Shown piece by piece: positions 1-6,856 of a stretch of DNA of 21,730 nucleotides. The position numbers and the translations under genes were made by a program. Below the pieces are notes generated by a model. That model was not told where the DNA came from and did not search any database. It was given only the letters and a program-made list of their open reading frames with translations. Numbering within the stretch: position 1 is the first letter of the stretch; each line of letters starts with the position of its first letter. Origin of the DNA: an uncultured Clostridium sp. (GTDB lineage Bacteria; Bacillota; Clostridia; Clostridiales; Clostridiaceae). The stretch lies in the NCBI RefSeq assembly GCF_900543325.1, contig NZ_UQQU01000059.1, one strand, 5' to 3'.

Positions 1-131
1 GATGATTTTGGAGGAGTAAAATCAAATTCAGAAAAACTTATATGGAAAAACTTAAGTATTTTTGCTTAATGATAATATTTTTTCTAATCAAAATTATTAG
101 TTAATATACAATTTTAATATATTGCGATTTA

Positions 132-158
132 AAAGGATGTCAACATTTGACATCCTTT
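132..158. terminator. Bidirectional intrinsic-terminator-like hairpin
   Basis: 12-bp stem AAAGGATGTCAA (132-143) / TTGACATCCTTT (147-158) with a 3-nt loop. A/T runs are part of and flank the stem. It lies downstream of the minus-strand gene ending at 223 and of an open plus frame ending at 69. Confidence 0.55.
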
Positions 159-222
159 ATGTTATACCTATTTCCTCATTATTTTAACGCTTCTGCTAAT
201 TTCAAAAGTTATCTTCTACTCT

Positions 223-1230
223 TTATACTTCTTTTTTTATTAATTCAAATATAGTCTTACCTTCTTCAATACAACGTCTAGCAATTCTTTCCCTAGTTGT
301 AAAGAAACTATATATAAAAGAAATAAATTTATAGTATAAAAATATAATTATTAATTCAATGCCTAAATCTACTAGATACTCCAATTTAAACTCATTAAAT
401 ATATTAACTACTGTTTCAGTTAACATAGCAATTAAAAAAGCTACAAAAATAAAAATATATACACCTTTAGTAATTAAACTATATACTTTTGAACCTTCTT
501 TTTTAAATTTATTAATAAACTCATCTTCACTTATAGGTTCTTTTCCTTTTTTAATTCTTTTATCATTTCTATTATAAAAATCTTTAACTATATTTTCTAC
601 TACCTGATCTTCTACTATATTAGTAAGTTCTATCTTTTCAACCTTTTGCTCTTTCTTAAATAATCTCTCTTTATTCACTATCTTTTTACCATACTTATAA
701 AGATAAAACACCAGTAAATATGACATAGATATCGCTACTAACATCCAGTTTTTTATTTCAAATTTAATTAAATCACCTATAAAAACCGATACAACTACTG
801 TAAACAATAAACATCCTAATAAAACAAGGATTATAACTCCAACACCTATTTTTTTAACTTTAAATATCTTTTTTCTAACAACTCTACTAACTATCTCTGT
901 TAATATATATCCAATAGTAAAAGAGCATATAGCTACTAGAATAGTATCATCGGTGCTTGTCCAGATATTTTGTTTTCCAATATTAATTAATATAGATATT
1001 ACAGCAAAAAATAGTACTATCCACATTAATCTCTTTAAAGAATTAAATAGATCTAAAAATGGTGGTTTAGCTAAAGATTTGCTAAATAACTGATTACAGA
1101 AACTCTCTATATCATCGCCAACTACTTTACTAGGACTAACCCCCTCCTGCTGTGCTTCTAATAACATATCTAAAACCTGCATCATAATTTCTTCACGTTT
1201 TTCTTCTATAGGTGAATTTTCCCCCACCAT
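223..1230 (-). CDS. PadR-associated integral membrane protein (DUF1048/DUF1129-like N-terminal helical domain plus about six TM segments)
   Basis: 335-aa ORF. The soluble N-terminal segment EEKREEIMMQVLDMLLEAQQEGVSPSKVVGDDIESFCNQLF is of the kind found in PadR-linked accessory proteins, followed by multiple hydrophobic helices. It sits directly downstream of the PadR gene on the same strand. GAGG lies 7 nt upstream of ATG 1230. The frame continues upstream to ATG 1317 but is broken by TAG at 1273-1275 (see findings). Confidence 0.7.
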   Translation of the reverse strand: MVGENSPIEEKREEIMMQVLDMLLEAQQEGVSPSKVVGDDIESFCNQLFSKSLAKPPFLDLFNSLKRLMWIVLFFAVISILINIGKQNIWTSTDDTILVAICSFTIGYILTEIVSRVVRKKIFKVKKIGVGVIILVLLGCLLFTVVVSVFIGDLIKFEIKNWMLVAISMSYLLVFYLYKYGKKIVNKERLFKKEQKVEKIELTNIVEDQVVENIVKDFYNRNDKRIKKGKEPISEDEFINKFKKEGSKVYSLITKGVYIFIFVAFLIAMLTETVVNIFNEFKLEYLVDLGIELIIIFLYYKFISFIYSFFTTRERIARRCIEEGKTIFELIKKEV

Positions 1231-1331
1231 TGAAAATACCTCTATTTTATTAAAAGTATCTTTAAATTCATCCTATAACTTATCGGTATAAAGTGTATAA
1301 GTATTTTTTATCTTCATAATAATAACCCCTT

Positions 1332-1652
1332 CTATTCATCAAATATTATCCTTTGAGCAGACTCTGTTAGATGTCTATAACTTTTTTTAAACTCCTTAAA
1401 CCAAACTTCCCCTTCTTCTGATATTGAATAATACTTCCTTGTAGGGCCTAAAGGAGATTTAGCTTTTCTACATACAACATACCCCTTCTTTTCTAAACGA
1501 ATAAGCACAGAATATAACGTACCTTCCATTAAATTTGAAAATCCTTCTTTTTCTAAGCAAGATAAAATCTCATATCCATAAGTTTCACCTTTTTTAATTA
1601 TGCTTAATACACACCCTTCTAAGACTCCCTTAAGTAATTGTGCTTCATCCAT
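1332..1652 (-). CDS. PadR family transcriptional regulator
   Basis: 106 aa. The winged-helix signature LKGVLEGCVLSIIKKGETYGYEILSCLEKEGF...EGTLYSVLIRLEKKGYV is typical of PadR. SD GGAGGG lies upstream of ATG 1652. Confidence 0.9.
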   Translation of the reverse strand: MDEAQLLKGVLEGCVLSIIKKGETYGYEILSCLEKEGFSNLMEGTLYSVLIRLEKKGYVVCRKAKSPLGPTRKYYSISEEGEVWFKEFKKSYRHLTESAQRIIFDE

Positions 1653-1666
1653 CTATATCCCTCCTA

Positions 1667-1689
1667 ACTACTTAGTTATACTAAGTAGT
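1667..1689. promoter_or_regulatory. Operator-like perfect palindrome between the padR -10 box and SD (probable PadR autoregulatory site)
   Basis: ACTACTTAGT-TAT-ACTAAGTAGT has 10-bp perfect arms and lies between the -10 box (1696-1701) and the SD (1659-1664). PadR regulators commonly autoregulate through palindromes overlapping their own promoter. Confidence 0.5.
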
Positions 1690-1695
1690 AATTTA

Positions 1696-1723
1696 ATTAT
1701 ACTATACCACCTAATATTTTCAA
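1696..1723 (-). promoter_or_regulatory. Sigma-A type promoter of the padR operon
   Basis: On the minus strand: TTGAAA (1723-1718), a 16-nt spacer, then TATAAT (1701-1696), about 45 nt upstream of the padR ATG. Confidence 0.65.
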
Positions 1724-1828
1724 GTAATTTTTGTATTTTATTCTATTTTTATACATATTTATTTGTTAATGGATAAAAAACACTTACAAACTATGTTGTA
1801 AGTATAAAATTAATTAAAAATAATTATT

Positions 1829-1874
1829 AAAAAAACGTAAATAAAGCTTAAGAATTTTAACTCTTAAGCTTTAT
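1829..1874 (-). terminator. Rho-independent terminator of the AAA-ATPase-like gene
   Basis: 13-bp perfect stem ATAAAGCTTAAGA (1841-1853) / TCTTAAGCTTTAT (1862-1874) with an 8-nt loop. On the minus strand it starts 3 nt after the stop codon and is followed by TTACGTTTTTT. Confidence 0.75.
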
Positions 1875-1876
1875 TT

Positions 1877-3550
1877 TTAAGTTACATCATTTACAGAAAC
1901 CCCTTTACCTTTAAATACTATAACTAACTTTTTAATATTAGTTATACCTCTGCTTAAAAGTTCTGTCTCATATTTTTTATCTTCTATTTGCTTTTTACCT
2001 TCTTCTATTAATTGATCTATTGATTTTTTATTAGTTCTTCTGGCTTTTTTAAATTCTATAATAATTCCTAGTTTACTTATATCCTTTGGAATTACCATTA
2101 CATCATATCTTCCATATCCTGATTCTCGATTAGATAAAACATAGTGTGTATTACTTAATGATACTAGCATACCTAAAACAAAGCTATGATATACTCTCTC
2201 TGGCTCTTCTCCTGAAACATCAAAATAACTTAATGACCTTTCTACATATTCTATAAATATTTCTTCAAATACTTCATAATCAAAATTAACTAAAGCCTTT
2301 AACATCTCACTATACTCTGCTGCAACATAGCTTTCACTAGCCCAATCTTCAACCATCTTTTCATACATAAATCTAACTTCTATATTAGGAATAGCTAAAC
2401 TATAATAGATTCTATTATTTTCTCTTCGCTTACCAACTACCTTTAAGTAGCCTGATAATAATAAAAAGCTCCAAATATTATTTTCATTAGCCTCTACATC
2501 TGCCATAATAATATTTTCATCAATAGTAGTTTCTATAGTATTGCCTCTAAGTAATTCCTCAAAAGACTTCTTTAAGCCTTCGCTACCTTTAGCTAATATT
2601 GTTTTTATTATTTTATTTTCTGAAGTGTTTACCCAATATGGCATAAATTCATTACTCTTATTATCTAAATAACATAGTGTTGACCATGGATTATATATCA
2701 CTGTATCTCCAAAAATATATCCATTATACCATCTTTTAAACTCATCTCTTTCTTCTATTACATTAAAATAATTTAATATCTTTTCAATTTCTTCCTCAGT
2801 AAAACCAAATTTATCACTATATTGTTCATTTAATATAGTACATACTTTTAAATTATTAAGCCCTGAAAAAATACTCTCTCTTGCTACTCTAAGTATTCCT
2901 GTTAATACTGCTTTTTCTAAATATATATTATCCTTTAGTGTATTTGAAAGAAAGTTTCTCATAAAAGCTATAGTTTCATCATAGATACCAGAAAAATAGC
3001 TATGTTGAATAGGAGTATCATACTCATCTATTAAAACTATAGCCTTTTCACCATAATATTCATATAAATACTTACATAAATTTTTTAAAGCCATTTCTAA
3101 TTCTGCTTTTGTACCTCTTCTATTAATTATTTTATCAAAGTAATCTTTATCCACTTCAAAGATTAAAGCTTTATATAAGTAATAATGTTTTTTATATATT
3201 TCTGATACAAAAAAACTTAGTTTAGTTTGAAAATCTTGAAAGTTGTCATGTTTTTCATCTTTAAATGTTAAATATATTGTAGGATATAGCCCTTGCTTTT
3301 TCATTATATCTTCTTCTTTTTCTATAAGAAGGTTATTAAAAAGATATCTTCTATCTTCATCACATCTCTCAACAAAATATCTTATCATAGATAAATTTAA
3401 AGTCTTTCCAAAACGTCTTGGCCTTGGAATTAATACTATTTGAGCTGAGTCATCTAAAACTTCTTTTATTAATAAACTCTTATCAACAAAATACCTATTA
3501 TCATCAATTAATGTTTTAAAATCACTATTACCTAAAGCTATTTTCTTCAT
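1877..3550 (-). CDS. Predicted AAA-ATPase-like protein with C-terminal PD-(D/E)xK nuclease-like domain (AAA-ATPase_like + PDDEXK_9 architecture)
   Basis: 557 aa. The N-terminal hallmark is YFVDKSLLIKEV...IPRPRRFGKTLNLSM (Walker A-like GKT), with a Walker B-like VLIDEYD. The C-terminus, GYGRYDVMVIPKD...GIIIEFKKA, fits a D...ExK nuclease core. SD GGTGGAAGG lies upstream of ATG 3550. Confidence 0.8.
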   Translation of the reverse strand: MKKIALGNSDFKTLIDDNRYFVDKSLLIKEVLDDSAQIVLIPRPRRFGKTLNLSMIRYFVERCDEDRRYLFNNLLIEKEEDIMKKQGLYPTIYLTFKDEKHDNFQDFQTKLSFFVSEIYKKHYYLYKALIFEVDKDYFDKIINRRGTKAELEMALKNLCKYLYEYYGEKAIVLIDEYDTPIQHSYFSGIYDETIAFMRNFLSNTLKDNIYLEKAVLTGILRVARESIFSGLNNLKVCTILNEQYSDKFGFTEEEIEKILNYFNVIEERDEFKRWYNGYIFGDTVIYNPWSTLCYLDNKSNEFMPYWVNTSENKIIKTILAKGSEGLKKSFEELLRGNTIETTIDENIIMADVEANENNIWSFLLLSGYLKVVGKRRENNRIYYSLAIPNIEVRFMYEKMVEDWASESYVAAEYSEMLKALVNFDYEVFEEIFIEYVERSLSYFDVSGEEPERVYHSFVLGMLVSLSNTHYVLSNRESGYGRYDVMVIPKDISKLGIIIEFKKARRTNKKSIDQLIEEGKKQIEDKKYETELLSRGITNIKKLVIVFKGKGVSVNDVT

Positions 3551-3601
3551 CCTTCCACCTTCTTTCTTTGCAGCATGTCTATTCTCATTATTCTAGTTAT
3601 T

Positions 3602-3610
3602 AGTATATCA
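3602..3610 (-). promoter_or_regulatory. Possible extended -10 promoter element for the AAA-ATPase-like gene
   Basis: The minus strand reads TGATATACT (TG-N-TATACT) about 50 nt upstream of ATG 3550. I saw no good -35. Confidence 0.3.
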
Positions 3611-3656
3611 TATTTTCTACCCTCTAAACATGTTTGCTTATAAAGCCAGATAAATT

Positions 3657-3758
3657 AAAAGCCCAAGAGCCTTATGATATGCTCCCTTTATAGTAGACAG
3701 TTAAAATAATAAAAACTGATACTATAGAGGGAGCATATCACTTAACTCTTGAGCTTTT
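3657..3758. terminator. Long imperfect inverted repeat (35-nt arms) acting as probable bidirectional terminator after the amidohydrolase gene
   Basis: The left arm is 3661-3695 (GCCCAAGAGCCTTATGATATGCTCCCTTTATAGTA) and the right arm 3720-3754 (TACTATAGAGGGAGCATATCACTTAACTCTTGAGC). 28 of 35 positions pair, the loop is 24 nt, and the repeat is flanked by AAAA (3657-3660) and TTTT (3755-3758). Confidence 0.6.
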
Positions 3759-3764
3759 ATATAA

Positions 3765-4592
3765 CTACTTCAATTTTAATATCTTATCTAAATTAAATAG
3801 CTTTATAGAATTCTTATACATAATATTATCGTAGTCTTCTTTACTTATCATATCCTTTAAATTATTAAAATATTGTTGATATAACGATGGTTCCCCTTTA
3901 GGATTATGATGATAAGTATCAACTCCATCTATAGGATTATCGCTACCAAATAATATTTTTTCACTACCAAAAGTTTTTATTGCTTTTATAACACTTTCTA
4001 TTGGTACCCATGCTGTATCACCATATAAATTAGGTAATTTAGCTATATAATTTATAGCATTTTCATTATCAGTTCCAAGCTCCATATGTCCCATTATAAA
4101 GTTAACCTTAGGATACTTTAAAGCCATATTATAAACTCTTTCTGGACTTGCTTCATCACATCCACCAGTATGTATAAGTACTGGAAGTTGAAGCTCTTCT
4201 GCTAAATCTAAATACTCATATAAATTATTTGAATCAAATGCTAAATGTGAATGATATGGATGCATCTTTATTCCGTATATAATATCTAAATTATCTACTA
4301 TATATTGCTTAAACTCACCATTTAATCTTTCACTTTCTGGTTTAATCCAAGGCATTACCCCTATTTTATCTGGATATTTTCTTGCAAAGTCTATACTTCT
4401 TTTTAATGATTCCATCTGAGTATGTTGCATTTCTTTTGGAACCTCTTTAAAATTGTGATCATATCTTACAGATTCAGTATTTGAAACTATACTATAATCT
4501 ATATTATATCTCTCCATAGATTCTAACACCATATCCTCTGTCATATCCCATCCTAACGCATAACCTATATGCACATGCATATCTATTCTCAT
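3765..4592 (-). CDS. Amidohydrolase-2 / TIM-barrel metal-dependent hydrolase family protein
   Basis: 275 aa. It has the N-terminal MRIDMHVHIG (HxH metal motif) and later HTGG and GHME motifs typical of COG2159-type amidohydrolases. Confidence 0.75.
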   Translation of the reverse strand: MRIDMHVHIGYALGWDMTEDMVLESMERYNIDYSIVSNTESVRYDHNFKEVPKEMQHTQMESLKRSIDFARKYPDKIGVMPWIKPESERLNGEFKQYIVDNLDIIYGIKMHPYHSHLAFDSNNLYEYLDLAEELQLPVLIHTGGCDEASPERVYNMALKYPKVNFIMGHMELGTDNENAINYIAKLPNLYGDTAWVPIESVIKAIKTFGSEKILFGSDNPIDGVDTYHHNPKGEPSLYQQYFNNLKDMISKEDYDNIMYKNSIKLFNLDKILKLK

Positions 4593-4634
4593 TTTAACTC
4601 TCCCCTATCTATTACCTTATTAGTAAATGAATTC

Positions 4635-5471
4635 TTAATTCTCATTTACTAAGTCTATAACTTGTCCTGATTTTATAGCTTTTATATTACTACCTAAGAT
4701 ATTATTTAACAAATCAAATGCCTTTACTCCAGTACAATGACATGTATAGATTTTAATATTTTTCTCAAGTAACTTATTCCCTAACTCATTAATAAGACTT
4801 AACTTTTCAGTTTTCTTATTTATTGGATTATATAAATGCAACCCACCTATTATAAATTCTATTTTTAATCCAACTCTTTTTTCTATGTCTTGTAAAATAT
4901 TAATTATTCCAGTATGAGAACAACCTGAAATTAGAATATTTTTACCATTATCATTTAATATTAGATGTTGTTCATGCTTAAAATTATCCAAAATAAATTT
5001 GTCATTATCTTTAATAAACAGATTGCTATTACCTTTTGGAAGTAATACATCTCCTGTAATATTTGATATTAATGTCATTTCTTCATCTATATGATACATT
5101 TCATCAGTTAATACTATTCTTTTGTTTTCTTTTAATTCTTGATTTAAACCTACATAAAATTTTGCATACTTTAAAAATAAAGCATAATAATTATCAAAAG
5201 CATATTTACTAATATAAATTTTTACCTTATCATTCTGCTTTAAAAATGCTTCTAAACCACCACCATGGTCTTTATGACCATGGGATATAATTACAGTATC
5301 AACATCTTTAATATTAATATTTAACTTCTTTGCATTTTTTATAAATGTATCATCTGGACCTAAATCAAATAAAATATTATGTTTTTCTGTTTTTAAATGA
5401 ATACATAAACCAGGTTTATTTATATATTCTTTTGATATTCTTGAGTTTTCAACTAATGTAGTTATTACCAT
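4635..5471 (-). CDS. MBL-fold metallo-hydrolase (COG1237-like)
   Basis: 278 aa. It carries the HxHxDH motif (ISHGHKDHGGGL) and an N-terminal ITTLVEN...LFDLGPD pattern typical of beta-lactamase-fold hydrolases. It lies 42 nt upstream of the amidohydrolase gene on the same strand, so the two are probably an operon. Confidence 0.8.
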   Translation of the reverse strand: MVITTLVENSRISKEYINKPGLCIHLKTEKHNILFDLGPDDTFIKNAKKLNINIKDVDTVIISHGHKDHGGGLEAFLKQNDKVKIYISKYAFDNYYALFLKYAKFYVGLNQELKENKRIVLTDEMYHIDEEMTLISNITGDVLLPKGNSNLFIKDNDKFILDNFKHEQHLILNDNGKNILISGCSHTGIINILQDIEKRVGLKIEFIIGGLHLYNPINKKTEKLSLINELGNKLLEKNIKIYTCHCTGVKAFDLLNNILGSNIKAIKSGQVIDLVNEN

Positions 5472-5530
5472 TTAACTTCCCCTTGTAATTCCAAAGCCCA
5501 ATTGTATTTTATTGCATAAAATACATATTT

Positions 5531-5539
5531 ATTATATCA
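5531..5539 (-). promoter_or_regulatory. Possible extended -10 promoter of the MBL-hydrolase/amidohydrolase operon
   Basis: The minus strand reads TGATATAAT (TG-N-TATAAT) about 60 nt upstream of ATG 5471. There is no canonical -35 at 17-nt spacing. Confidence 0.4.
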
Positions 5540-5698
5540 TATTATTGTAAACTATTTATATGTAGAGGAAAAGGAATTTTATAATTTTAAGCGACAAAAT
5601 TTATAGACTTTAAAAGATCCTTTTAATAAAAAATAAACCTATAAATTTATATTCTATAAATTTACTTTTAAAAACTACCCCACAAATTGGAATTTGCA

Positions 5699-5950
5699 TC
5701 ATAGCGATGTCTTTATTTCAAAACCAAATTCATGAAGTACAAAATCATCGTCAATCACTTCATCATAAATTCCATCAACCTTTTCAAAACCGGTTTTCTT
5801 ATAAAGATTTATTGCAGGATAATTTTTATCTACAACAAAAAGTCTTAAATATTCAGCACCCATTTCTCTTGAAAGTTCAATTGCTTTATTAAGCACAATA
5901 CAACCAATTCCTTTTCTTAAGTAATTAAATCGTTTTTTATTATGTTCAAG
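5699..5950 (-). pseudogene. GNAT N-acetyltransferase remnant (C-terminal half only)
   Basis: The open frame reads LEHNKKRFNYLRKGIGCIVLNKAIELSREMGAEYLRLFVVDKNYPAINLYKKTGFEKV..., which covers GNAT motif A (R-x-x-G-x-G) through the C-terminus. The frame is closed by TAA at 5951-5953 with no ATG or SD, and about 60-80 N-terminal residues of a normal GNAT are missing. Confidence 0.7.
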
Positions 5951-5992
5951 TTAAAAAATGATACCATCACCCCTTCACAAGACTCAATATAA

Positions 5993-6167
5993 CTAAATTG
6001 CGAAGCAATTTAGAGGTAAGAGTTAAGAGCTAAGAGTGAAAAGTTAAGGTTGAAACTGCTATGGCAGTTTCTTAAAATATATATTTTTTAAAACTCCCTA
6101 AGGAGTTTTTTCCATCACTCTTCAACCTTCACTCTTACTTATTCACTAAAAAGTGCTTCGCACTTTT
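5993..6167. repeat. Nested palindromic element: four related mini-hairpins plus inverted arrays of 7-nt repeats (MITE-like or structured RNA)
   Basis: The hairpins are at 5993-6013, 6052-6071, 6090-6109 and 6149-6167, each with a 7-9 bp stem and a 3-4 nt loop. Heptamers GTAAGAG TTAAGAG CTAAGAG TGAAAAG TTAAGGT TGAAACT occupy 6016-6057. They are mirrored by CACTCTT CAACCTT CACTCTT ACTTATT at 6116-6143. Confidence 0.6.
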
Positions 6168-6403
6168 AAAAATATGTGCTATATTGCTATTTACCAATTC
6201 TCTATTTTTCTTTATTATTTACATGGTTATAATGTAAATGCACCATTACTTACGATACGTTATTTTTAATTATAAAAATAGCCTTAGCCATTGAAATAAC
6301 TTAGCTAAGACTACTTTTTGCATTTATTTATGATACGGTTCTCCGTAATTACTCTAAATAATTTTTTACCATTTTATTCTTATGTATATAATATATCCAT
6401 TTA

Positions 6404-6412
6404 TGGTATAAT
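6404..6412 (+). promoter_or_regulatory. Extended -10 promoter (TGgTATAAT) of the small-ORF unit
   Basis: TG at 6404-6405 and TATAAT at 6407-6412. There is no good -35, which an extended -10 tolerates. A strong plus-strand terminator follows at 6756-6789. Confidence 0.45.
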
Positions 6413-6434
6413 TCTAAAGTAATATTTAGAAAAT

Positions 6435-6515
6435 CCGTAGTAGGATGGCTACGGTGGTTGTACGTTTTCCTACCTTAGGTTATTTGATGATTTTCATCTT
6501 AACTTAAGGGGGTGG
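6435..6515 (+). promoter_or_regulatory. Structured 5' leader with SD-occluding helix (unclassified cis-regulatory candidate)
   Basis: The hairpin is CCGTAG (6435-6440) / CTACGG (6449-6454). Its loop sequence TAGGA (6441-6445) is complementary to TCCTA (6468-6472). A second helix, CCTTAGGTT (6473-6481) / AACTTAAGG (6501-6509), overlaps the SD AAGGGGGTGG (6506-6515). Confidence 0.4.
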
Positions 6516-6523
6516 TATTGAAT

Positions 6524-6688
6524 ATGTTACTTGCTTTATCATTTATAATAATTTTTTTATTAATCATTATAAATAAGGCTTTAGGCTCAAAATCTAAACT
6601 TCTAGAGTTTGAACTTAACATAAGTATTAAGTGTTTTAAATTATCTTTTAAAACAAATGAAAACAGCACTCCATCCAACCAAGACTAA
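6524..6688 (+). CDS. Unannotated 54-aa small membrane peptide (type I toxin-like candidate)
   Basis: ATG 6524 lies 8 nt after a very strong SD. The product is MLLALSFIIIFLLIIINKALGSKSKLLEFELNISIKCFKLSFKTNENSTPSNQD, one N-terminal TM helix followed by a Lys/Glu-rich tail. The stop is TAA at 6686-6688 and a dedicated terminator lies downstream. The ORF is below the size cutoff of the supplied ORF track. Confidence 0.5.
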   Translation: MLLALSFIIIFLLIIINKALGSKSKLLEFELNISIKCFKLSFKTNENSTPSNQD

Positions 6689-6755
6689 GTGCTATTTCTA
6701 GAAAACTAATATTTTTAAATTCAATAGCCCTAAAACTTAAAACGTTCTAAGGATT

Positions 6756-6789
6756 GCTTAGTGTTACCAACACTAAGCTTTTCTTATTT
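6756..6789 (+). terminator. Rho-independent terminator of the small-ORF unit
   Basis: 10-bp perfect stem GCTTAGTGTT (6756-6765) / AACACTAAGC (6769-6778) with a 3-nt loop, followed by TTTTCTTATTT. The minus-strand side is not T-rich, so the terminator is oriented for the plus strand. Confidence 0.75.
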
Positions 6790-6856
6790 ATATTATATCA
6801 AATTTTTATAAAAAATAAACATAAATAATTTTTGTATATACTTTAATCATATATTA

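Noticed and set aside
1-69. Open plus-strand frame DDFGGVKSNSEKLIWKNLSIFA-stop, which could be the 3' end of an upstream gene.
   Set aside because: Only 22 codons are visible and they contain no recognisable motif. The downstream hairpin at 132-158 would fit, but that is not enough to call a CDS.
6010-6057. The 7-nt periodic (T/G)AAGAG repeats as a TRAP- or HutP-type RNA-binding-protein site.
   Set aside because: TRAP needs (G/U)AG triplets with 2-3 nt spacers. HutP needs UAG triplets with 4-nt spacers. Here the periodic triplets are UAA/GAG with mixed spacing, and no regulated gene follows on either strand, since the adjacent GNAT is a fragment.
6435-6474. Resemblance of the leader hairpin-plus-pseudoknot (loop containing GGATGG, downstream TCCTAC) to the fluoride (crcB) or preQ1-type pseudoknot riboswitches.
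   Set aside because: The second hairpin and the conserved nucleotides of the crcB motif are absent, as is the A-rich tail of preQ1-I. The downstream gene is not a fluoride or queuosine gene. The similarity is only in general topology.
6524-6688. The small peptide as an AgrD-type autoinducer precursor.
   Set aside because: There is no agrB-like or other processing or export gene nearby. The N-terminus is a true TM helix rather than an amphipathic leader. There is no Cys/Ser-containing core followed by an acidic recognition tail.
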